A stretch of 21,829 bases of DNA from NCBI GenBank assembly GCA_964519145.1, contig CAZFHL010000008.1:1-21829 (forward strand), written 5' to 3'. The stretch's first letter is position 1; the number at the start of each line of letters is the position of its first letter. The notes beneath the pieces were generated by a model. That model was not told the DNA's origin. It saw only the letters and a program-made list of their open reading frames with translations, and searched no databases. The translations under genes were made by a program, and so were the position numbers. The stretch comes from an uncultured Candidatus Saccharibacteria bacterium (GTDB lineage: Bacteria; Patescibacteriota; Minisyncoccia; Phycocordibacterales; WO2-35-19). Positions 15,223 through 21,829 of this stretch are shown here, in pieces.

Positions 15223-16428
15223 ATGCCTAAATACAAATATAAAACTGTAAAAAATGGTTTAGAAATAGAAAACCAAATTGAATCTAAAGATAAAGCTACG
15301 CTATATAAAAATATAATAAAAGAAGGTGGAGCGGTAGTGTCTATATCTGAGATAAATGAAAGCAAAAAAGATTCATTTTTTACTTTTAAACAAATAAAAA
15401 ATGAAGACAAAATTAATTTTGCTAAAAATTTATCTGTAATGATTGATGCCGGACTATCTGTTTCTAGAGCAATAGCTATTTTGCAAAAACAATCAACAAA
15501 TAAAAAATTGTCTTCTTTATTTGAACAAATTGTTTTAAGTGTAAATAGTGGAAATACTTTTTCAAAATCATTAGAAATGTTTCCAAAAATATTTCCTGAA
15601 TTGTTTGTATCTATGGTGAAAGCCGGAGAAGAATCAGGTCAACTTGCTTCTTCTTTAAAAATAGTGGCAGAACAGCTCGAAAAAAGTAATAATCTTACCA
15701 AAAAAATAAAAGGCGCAATGATATATCCTGCCATCATTATATTTATCATGATAATAATAGGTTTTGTTTTGATGGTTTATATGGTACCTATGCTTACCGA
15801 AACATTTAAAGGTTTAAATATAAATTTACCATTACCCACAAGGATTATTATCTCAATAAGTGATTTTATGATAAATAATATAATTTATTGTTTAGGAGGT
15901 CTTATTTTATTTATATTTAGCTTTGCTTATGTACTTAAAACCAAAAAAGGCAAATATTTTATTGATTATTTGGTATTAAAGATGCCAATCATTTCAAATA
16001 TATCTAAACAAGTTAATACAGCAAGAACGGCTAGGACGCTCGCTTCTTTAATTTCTTCTGGAGTTAGTATTGTTTCAGCTATAGAAATAACAAGTAAAGT
16101 GGTACAAAACCATTATTTTAGAGATGTTTTACTTAATGCTTCTAAAAAAATTGAAACAGGAGATCAACTTTCGTCTGTTTTATCTCAAAATAGCAATCTT
16201 TATCCTATATTTATAAGTGAAATGCTCGCTGTCGGAGAAGAAACCGGGAAGCTCACTGATATGCTTTTAAATACAGCAAATTATTATGAATCTGAGGTAG
16301 ATCAAAAAACAAAAGATTTATCCACAATAATAGAACCATTTCTTATGGTATTTATTGGTATTGCTGTCGGTTTATTTGCTGTGGCTATGATGTTGCCGAC
16401 ATATTCTTTGGTAGACGCAATTAAATAA
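15223..16428 (+). CDS. pilC: Type IV pilus inner-membrane platform protein, PilC/GspF family
   Basis: Two T2SSF-type repeats, each followed by TM helices (e.g. GEESGQLASSLK and GEETGKLTDML). 401 aa. Confidence 0.9.
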   Translation: MPKYKYKTVKNGLEIENQIESKDKATLYKNIIKEGGAVVSISEINESKKDSFFTFKQIKNEDKINFAKNLSVMIDAGLSVSRAIAILQKQSTNKKLSSLFEQIVLSVNSGNTFSKSLEMFPKIFPELFVSMVKAGEESGQLASSLKIVAEQLEKSNNLTKKIKGAMIYPAIIIFIMIIIGFVLMVYMVPMLTETFKGLNINLPLPTRIIISISDFMINNIIYCLGGLILFIFSFAYVLKTKKGKYFIDYLVLKMPIISNISKQVNTARTARTLASLISSGVSIVSAIEITSKVVQNHYFRDVLLNASKKIETGDQLSSVLSQNSNLYPIFISEMLAVGEETGKLTDMLLNTANYYESEVDQKTKDLSTIIEPFLMVFIGIAVGLFAVAMMLPTYSLVDAIK

Positions 16429-16875
16429 ATGAATTTTATTTTTAAAAATAAAGGAATAACTTTGATGGAATTGTTAATATCTATTTCCATTTTGTCTATT
16501 ATATTTATAATGTCTCTATATTTTTTTTCAAAAACAAATAAAGCAGAGTCTTTGGAAAAAGATAAAGATGCTGTTGTCGCATTTTTGAGAGAAGCAAGAA
16601 ATTTGGCATATTCTTCAAAAAATAGCTCTGACATTGGGGTTCATATAGAAACAGATAAATTAACAATATTTGAAGGAGGGAGTTTTGTTCAAAATAATAA
16701 TCAAAAAAAATTATTTTTATCAAAATATACTTTAATTTCTAGTTCTACTTATGGAGATGTAATTTTCAATCATTTAAAAGGGGACACTTTAAACTTTGGT
16801 AATGTGGTTTTATCATTAAAAGATAATAGCACTTCAACTACTATTACAATACTTAAGTCTGGAGTGGTACAATAA
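16429..16875 (+). CDS. Prepilin-type minor pilin / pseudopilin
   Basis: Leader MNFIFKNKG, then ITLMELLISISILSII with Glu at +5. taaATG overlap with pilC. Confidence 0.7.
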   Translation: MNFIFKNKGITLMELLISISILSIIFIMSLYFFSKTNKAESLEKDKDAVVAFLREARNLAYSSKNSSDIGVHIETDKLTIFEGGSFVQNNNQKKLFLSKYTLISSSTYGDVIFNHLKGDTLNFGNVVLSLKDNSTSTTITILKSGVVQ

Positions 16876-16879
16876 CAAT

Positions 16880-17350
16880 ATGAATAAAAATTTTGGTTTT
16901 AGTATATTAGAAGCCATAATATCAGTTTCTATTTTTACATTTTGCATTCTTTTTATTTGGAAAATTTATGTTTCTTATATCAAAATCTCTGTTTATGATC
17001 CAAAAGAATTGCAATCAGAGCTTTTGGTAGAAGAGGGTATAGAAGTTTTAAAATTTATGAGAGATGAAAATTGGAATAATATAAAAAATTTATCAACTAC
17101 TACAGATTATTATCTTTCTTGGAATGGTTTAAGCTGGAGTACTACTACAAATAATGTTTTTATAGACGGAACTTTTGAAAGGAAAATTATGATTAGAGAC
17201 GTATTTAGAGATTCTTCTCAAAATATAGTATCAAGTGGTACTTTTGATCCAAATTCAAGAAAAATTGTTTCAAAAGTTTCTTGGAGTAAAAATCTATCTA
17301 CTACAAGTACAGAAATTATATATTATATTAGTGATATTTTTGATAATTGA
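16880..17350 (+). CDS. Prepilin-type minor pilin / pseudopilin
   Basis: Leader MNKNFG, then FSILEAIISVSIF with Glu at +5. Confidence 0.7.
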   Translation: MNKNFGFSILEAIISVSIFTFCILFIWKIYVSYIKISVYDPKELQSELLVEEGIEVLKFMRDENWNNIKNLSTTTDYYLSWNGLSWSTTTNNVFIDGTFERKIMIRDVFRDSSQNIVSSGTFDPNSRKIVSKVSWSKNLSTTSTEIIYYISDIFDN

Positions 17351-17864
17351 TAGGAATTTTAAGAATCAAGAAGGAATATCGTTGGTTGAAGTTATAATAT
17401 ATATCTTTATACTATCGCTGGTTTTGGGTATTATGGTGCAATCCTTTATTTCTTTAAATAGCGTTTATAGAAATATAAAATTAGAAAGAGAGCTTCAGAG
17501 TAGCGGTTTTAATATAGTTGAAAATATAAACAGGGAGATAAAATTGGCTACTAGTGTAAATTTCGAGCAAAGTTTGTTTGCCACAACAGCTGGAAAAATT
17601 GTTTTGTTAGGAAAAGAAGTTGATGAAAGTGATTATGAAATTATTTTTGATCTAAATATGGGAAATATAAGATATAATAAAAATAGCGAAGAATATTTAT
17701 CGTTAAATTCCAATAAAACAATTATAGAATCTTTAGTTTTTTATTATTTAGTAAACAGTAATTCAAAAGCTATAAAAACTGAGCTCGTTATAAGAGCAAC
17801 TGATAGAAATGTTGTTAAAATAAAAAAGTTTTATGGTTTTTCAGTTTTAAGAAACTCATATTAA
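17340..17864 (+). CDS. Prepilin-type minor pilin. The start is revised to an in-frame TTG at 17340 or GTG at 17331.
   Basis: The prepilin cleavage and hydrophobic motif NQEG-ISLVEVIIYIFILSLV lies 12-15 codons after the TTG/GTG. The upstream part of the track ORF (17235-17339) only overlaps the previous gene. Confidence 0.55.
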   Translation: MIIDRNFKNQEGISLVEVIIYIFILSLVLGIMVQSFISLNSVYRNIKLERELQSSGFNIVENINREIKLATSVNFEQSLFATTAGKIVLLGKEVDESDYEIIFDLNMGNIRYNKNSEEYLSLNSNKTIIESLVFYYLVNSNSKAIKTELVIRATDRNVVKIKKFYGFSVLRNSY

Positions 17865-17866
17865 AT

Positions 17867-19150
17867 ATGAAATATATAAAAATAAAAGAAAAAGGGAATG
17901 CTCTCATAATAAGCGTAATATTTTTTATTGTCATATCAACAACTATAATTTTTGGATTCACTAATCCAATAGTCTCTTATATATCTTCAGTTTCTGCTGT
18001 TAGTTCAACTAAAAAGAGCTTTTATGGTTCTGAGGCGCTACTAGAAGATGTTGTTTACAGGTTAAAATCTGGGCTTACTGTATCTTCACCGCAAAATATA
18101 ACAATTGGAAGTACCACTGTCACTGCTGTTATTGGTGATGAATCAGGATATAAAACAATTGTATCTACTGGAAACAACAATAATTTTATAAGAAAAAATA
18201 AATCAAAATTAATTTTAGGAGAAGGGGTTGCTTTTAATTATGGTATTCAGGTTGGAGAAGGGGGGCTTGTATTACAAAATTCTTCTTCTATAACTGGAAA
18301 TGTTTATTCAAATGGCACAATTTCTGGTAGCTCAAACTTAATTACAGGTTCTGTGGTTTCTGCTTCAAATATGGGGGTTGTAAATGGTATTAGGTCTACA
18401 GACTCTGTATATGCAAATAGTATACAAAATAGCATTATAGATAAAAACGCTTATTATACAAATATAATTAATTCAACTGTTTATGGTGTGTCTTATCCAA
18501 ATAGTCCAAATCAGGGTACTACAACTTTTCCAATATCAAATACAAAAATAGATGAGTGGAAGGATGAGGCTTTGCAAGGTGGAATAATAAGCTCTCCTTG
18601 TCCGTATAGAATAAATTCTACAACTACTATTGGTCCTAAAAAAATAAATTGTGATTTAGAAATAAGTGGAAACAATATAACTGTATCTTTGGCTGGGCAT
18701 GTTTGGGTTTCAGGAAATATAAAAATAAAAAATTCGCCAATTGTAAAAGTGGCTACAAGTTTAGGACAAAATAGTGTTGCTTTGATAGCAGATAATTTGT
18801 CCGATAGATTAAGTAGTGGTAAAGTAGAAATAGAAAATAGCACAACCTTCCAAGGTTCAGGTTCTTCAAATTCCTATGTTCTTGTTGTTTCAAACAACAA
18901 TAGCGCAAAAAATGGTGGTTCTGTTAATGCTATTTTGATCAAAAATAGTGTTTCAGGTGCTTTGGTTTCTTATTCAAATGAAGGGGCTACTGTTATTGAA
19001 AACAGCGTTTCATTAAAAGAGATTACAAGTTATAAACTCACTCTCAAAAATACAGCCAATGTGGTTTATGAATCTGGTTTAGTGAATCTTATTTTTAATT
19101 CTGGTCCAAGTGGTGGTTTTGATATTTCAAATTGGGGGGAAGTGGAGTAA
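17867..19150 (+). CDS. Large pilin-like protein, rich in Ser/Asn/Thr/Gly and predicted beta-rich. Possible pilus-associated adhesin or tip protein.
   Basis: N-terminus KGNALIISVIFFIVISTTIIFGF resembles a non-canonical prepilin segment with no Glu at +5. The body has beta-helix-like repeats of the form NxxxSGxV. It is the last gene of the minor-pilin operon. Confidence 0.55.
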   Translation: MKYIKIKEKGNALIISVIFFIVISTTIIFGFTNPIVSYISSVSAVSSTKKSFYGSEALLEDVVYRLKSGLTVSSPQNITIGSTTVTAVIGDESGYKTIVSTGNNNNFIRKNKSKLILGEGVAFNYGIQVGEGGLVLQNSSSITGNVYSNGTISGSSNLITGSVVSASNMGVVNGIRSTDSVYANSIQNSIIDKNAYYTNIINSTVYGVSYPNSPNQGTTTFPISNTKIDEWKDEALQGGIISSPCPYRINSTTTIGPKKINCDLEISGNNITVSLAGHVWVSGNIKIKNSPIVKVATSLGQNSVALIADNLSDRLSSGKVEIENSTTFQGSGSSNSYVLVVSNNNSAKNGGSVNAILIKNSVSGALVSYSNEGATVIENSVSLKEITSYKLTLKNTANVVYESGLVNLIFNSGPSGGFDISNWGEVE

Positions 19151-19168
19151 TTGCAGAGTCTCATTACC

Positions 19169-19375
19169 TATTCCAAAAGTCTTTCTCATTTTCAATTTCA
19201 AAACTCTTTCTCATCACACCTTTTTGAACCACAGATACTATGTATCTCCAAAAAATCTTTTTTAGTATAGTTTTTGCTAGACACGCATAAAAATCTGCTG
19301 ATTTTTTGCTATGCTCGGTTCAGTCAACCTTGCGCAAGTCTATCAAAAACTATACTAAAAAAGATTTTTTGGAAG
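19169..19375. repeat. Mosaic repeat, copy C. Left inverted-repeat module, a palindrome gatac-tat-gtatc, then M3 nested inside ccaaaaaatcttttt / aaaaagattttttgg.
   Basis: 19170-19238 matches 11357-11425 (copy B). 19263-19356 matches 2111-2199 (copy D). Lies between the pilin-like gene and tpiA. Confidence 0.75.
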
Positions 19376-19460
19376 GTGTTGTTGTTTAAATTTTACTTTA
19401 TCAAAATATAAATTTTGATATAATGGGTAAATGATAAATAAACAAAAAGTGGGTAGGATT

Positions 19461-20219
19461 TTGGGAAAACAAATAGTAATTGCAAATTGGAAAATGAATC
19501 CTGTAAGTACTGAAGAAGCCAAAAAACTCTTTTTTTTAAACAAAAAATGGATAAATGATTTAAAAAATACAAGAGTAGTTGTTTGTCCACCTGTCATCTA
19601 CTTAAACCAATTAAACAAGCTAAATAATGTAAAAAATCTATATCTGGGTGTCCAAAATATTGCAAACAAAGAAAAAGGTTCTCAAACAGGAGAAACTAGT
19701 GTATTGATGGCCAAAGACGCAGGAGCCACTTATTCTATAGTGGGTCATTCTGAAAGGAGGGAAATGGGAGAAAAATCTGGTTTAATAAGAGAAAAAATAC
19801 TTTTGTCTTTGTTAAACAAAATAACACCAATTGTTTGTGTGGGTGAACAAAAGAGAGACATAGAGGGACATTATTTAAATTTTATAAAAGAAGATATTAA
19901 AAACATATTTACTGGATTAGATAAAAAAGATTTGCTAGATATATGTATAGCTTATGAGCCAGTTTGGGCAATTGGTGCACCTACCGCAATGGATCCTACA
20001 AGTATACATGAGATGGTTTTGTTTATAAGGAAAGTAATAGGAGAGTTGTTTGGTCAAAATATTGCAAATGGGGTAAAAATACTTTATGGAGGTGCTGTAG
20101 ATAAGGGCAATGTTTTAGATATTATAAAAATAGGAAATGTTGATGGTTTTATAATAGGCAGAAGCTCTATTTCGCTAGATTTTGGTGAATTACTAAAAAT
20201 AATAGAAAGTAAAAAATGA
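19461..20219 (+). CDS. tpiA: Triosephosphate isomerase
   Basis: IANWKMN, GHSERR and YEPVWAIGAP motifs. The likely start is TTG at 19461 (giving MGKQIVIANWKMN), preceded by GGGTAGGA 4 nt upstream. The track ORF starts at the ATG at 19431, inside the repeat and adjacent to the TATAAT box. Confidence 0.8.
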   Translation: MGKQIVIANWKMNPVSTEEAKKLFFLNKKWINDLKNTRVVVCPPVIYLNQLNKLNNVKNLYLGVQNIANKEKGSQTGETSVLMAKDAGATYSIVGHSERREMGEKSGLIREKILLSLLNKITPIVCVGEQKRDIEGHYLNFIKEDIKNIFTGLDKKDLLDICIAYEPVWAIGAPTAMDPTSIHEMVLFIRKVIGELFGQNIANGVKILYGGAVDKGNVLDIIKIGNVDGFIIGRSSISLDFGELLKIIESKK

Positions 20220-21226
20220 TAAAATCTCTTTTAGATTTAAATTTTAAAGAAGGACAAAGGGTTATTTTAAGGACAGATTGGAATGTGCCTTTGCAAAATG
20301 ACTTGATTTTAAATAATGCAAAAATTGATGCAAGTAGAGAAACTATAGATTTTTTGATTAAAAAAGGTTTAAAAATAATAATTTTAAATCATTTGAGTGA
20401 TAAAAATCAAACAATTTTACCAATTTTCAATCATATACAAAAGTCTTTTTGGCCAAATAGTGTGTTTGTAGAAAACCCTTTTGATCAAATAGGCTTAGAT
20501 ATTTTAAATAGCCTTAAAAACGGAGAAATTGCTGTTGTAGAAAATATGAGATTTTGGAAAGAGGAAGAAGAAAATGACAATGATTTTGCTGAAAAACTCT
20601 CTAAAATGGGAGACTTTTATATAAATGATGCTTTTTCTGTTTCCCATAGAAAACACGCTTCTGTTGTAGGTATTCCAAATTTTTTACCAAAATGTGCTGG
20701 TTTTAGATTTTTTTATGAATATAACCATTTGTTGGAAGTGTTTAATCCTGAACACCCTTTTTTATTGATACTGGGTGGAGCAAAATTTGAGACTAAAATA
20801 CCTCTTGTAAATAAATTTTTAAATATTGCAGATAGTATTTTTATAGGTGGTGCCAATGCTTTTTCTGCTTCTTTATCAGAAATTGCAAAAAATCCAAAAG
20901 TTATATTGCCGTCGGGGGATTTAAAAGTATTGGATTTAGATGATCAAAATTTAAATGTATTAAGTGAAATAATAAAAAAATCAAAATTTATATTATGGAA
21001 TGGTCCTTTGGGTAAATATGAAGATGGTTTTATAGAAGGTACAAAAAAACTTATTAAAATTTTAGCAGAAAGTGGGGCAAAAGTTGTCATAGGAGGGGGA
21101 GATACTGAAGGTTTTTTGGGGGAGTATAAAAATTCTTTTCATTTCGTATCATTATCGGGAGGTGCAATGCTTGATTTTTTAGCAGAAGGAAATTTGGTTG
21201 GTATTGATGCACTGGAAGATGTGTAA
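20216..21226 (+). CDS. pgk: Phosphoglycerate kinase, short form of 336 aa
   Basis: RVILRTDWNVPL, NMRFWKEEEENDNDFAEKLSKMGDFYINDAFSVSHRKHAS, LGGAKFETKI and GGGDTEG motifs. ATGA overlap with the tpiA stop. Confidence 0.8.
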   Translation: MIKSLLDLNFKEGQRVILRTDWNVPLQNDLILNNAKIDASRETIDFLIKKGLKIIILNHLSDKNQTILPIFNHIQKSFWPNSVFVENPFDQIGLDILNSLKNGEIAVVENMRFWKEEEENDNDFAEKLSKMGDFYINDAFSVSHRKHASVVGIPNFLPKCAGFRFFYEYNHLLEVFNPEHPFLLILGGAKFETKIPLVNKFLNIADSIFIGGANAFSASLSEIAKNPKVILPSGDLKVLDLDDQNLNVLSEIIKKSKFILWNGPLGKYEDGFIEGTKKLIKILAESGAKVVIGGGDTEGFLGEYKNSFHFVSLSGGAMLDFLAEGNLVGIDALEDV

Positions 21227-21233
21227 TAAAAAT

Positions 21234-21268
21234 TAAGACCGTCTTTTTATAAAAATACGGTCTTAAAG
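21234..21268. terminator. Bidirectional terminator hairpin taagaccgt...acggtctta between the convergent pgk and 21286-21663 genes
   Basis: 9-bp perfect stem with A/T-rich sequence on both sides. Confidence 0.45.
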
Positions 21269-21285
21269 GTGTTCAATATAAAAAT

Positions 21286-21663
21286 TTACAAATTTTTAAT
21301 TAATACATATAAACAAACAAAGTGAAAGAATTGGTCTATTACAACATAAATAATAGATCCAAAAGAAATATCTTTTGGATTATTGCTCGAAAACAGTTTG
21401 GCGCTACCATTTATCTGCATCCATTTATAAGCCAAAGAATTTCTATCAATAATCCAATGTGGTATACATGTCAGAGCCATAAATGTGAACGAAAAATTTT
21501 GTACAAACAAACTTACACATATTGTATAAATTAGACAATGGATAGAGCACCAAAATGTTCCTTGCGCACCTTTTTGGTACTTATTGTCGGCCATAACTTT
21601 GAATTGGAATATAAAATCCCCAACGATATGACCAATAAATATTCCTAGCCAAATATTTTCCAT
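21286..21663 (-). CDS. Small membrane protein, DUF3307-like (HxxGDFxxQ motif)
   Basis: GHIVGDFIFQ near the N-terminus and three hydrophobic segments. 125 aa. Confidence 0.5.
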   Translation of the reverse strand: MENIWLGIFIGHIVGDFIFQFKVMADNKYQKGAQGTFWCSIHCLIYTICVSLFVQNFSFTFMALTCIPHWIIDRNSLAYKWMQINGSAKLFSSNNPKDISFGSIIYVVIDQFFHFVCLYVLIKNL

Positions 21664-21753
21664 ATATTGCTCCTTATTTCAATTTACTGTCCTATGCTAA
21701 TTTAGCAAGATAGACAAATATGTTCAATGATGTATAATAACAACTAAACAACT

Positions 21754-21829
21754 ATGAATAAAGAAGACATTAAAAAAATTTTAAAGGAGATAGGTTTTGC
21801 AGATAGTGAAATATTTGTATATATTGCTC
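21754..21829 (+). CDS. 5' fragment of a gene running off the window. The N-terminus resembles a TrmB-type HTH regulator.
   Basis: MNKEDIKKILKEIGFADSEIFVYIA. A TATAAT box at 21733-21738 lies upstream. Confidence 0.3.
   Translation, partial: MNKEDIKKILKEIGFADSEIFVYIA

Noticed and set aside
18511-18843. ORF 18511-18843 (-), 110 aa
   Set aside because: Antisense to the large pilin-like gene, in a gene-dense operon that is read as a single unit.
19355-19597. ORFs 19355-19597 (-) and 19393-19590 (-)
   Set aside because: Overlap repeat copy C and the 5' end of tpiA. The translations are Phe/Leu/Lys low-complexity sequence.
21322-21534. ORF 21322-21534 (+), 70 aa
   Set aside because: Antisense to the DUF3307-like gene. 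No start context.
1-21829. CRISPR array
   Set aside because: The repeats found are dispersed at five loci thousands of bp apart. They are 130-210 bp long and have terminal inverted repeats. There is no regularly spaced short repeat-spacer array and no cas gene.

Overview
The window is AT-rich and gene-dense, with short intergenic spacers and many ATGA/TAAATG start-stop overlaps. By inference it looks like a reduced-genome (CPR/Patescibacteria-like) bacterium. Housekeeping genes: CCA-adding enzyme, exodeoxyribonuclease III, ribosomal protein S15, an overlapping triosephosphate isomerase / phosphoglycerate kinase pair, a Xer-type tyrosine recombinase, tRNA-Pro(UGG) and tRNA-Arg(UCG). A type IV pilus locus spans 11.6-19.2 kb: NYN-domain protein, PilB/GspE ATPase, a DEDDh exonuclease, a divergently oriented major pilin, PilC, three prepilin-type minor pilins and a 427-aa pilin-like Ser/Asn/Thr-rich protein. 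A 686-aa flotillin-like SPFH protein follows a secreted protein. Its N-terminal SPFH beta segment is tandemly repeated five times. Three things are not explained by standard annotation. (1) A family of 130-210 bp mosaic repeats flanked by terminal inverted repeats has five copies, all intergenic. Three copies carry a hypervariable GC-rich hairpin core between strictly conserved flanks. (2) A ~280 bp GC-rich island (1241-1525) of perfect hairpins, with weaker helices extending to about 1760, ends in a minus-strand intrinsic terminator. It is a candidate structured ncRNA, or a horizontally acquired micro-ORF. (3) A second NYN-domain gene is split by a frameshift in a T8/A8 homopolymer. No CRISPR array, rRNA, transposase or obvious prophage is present.
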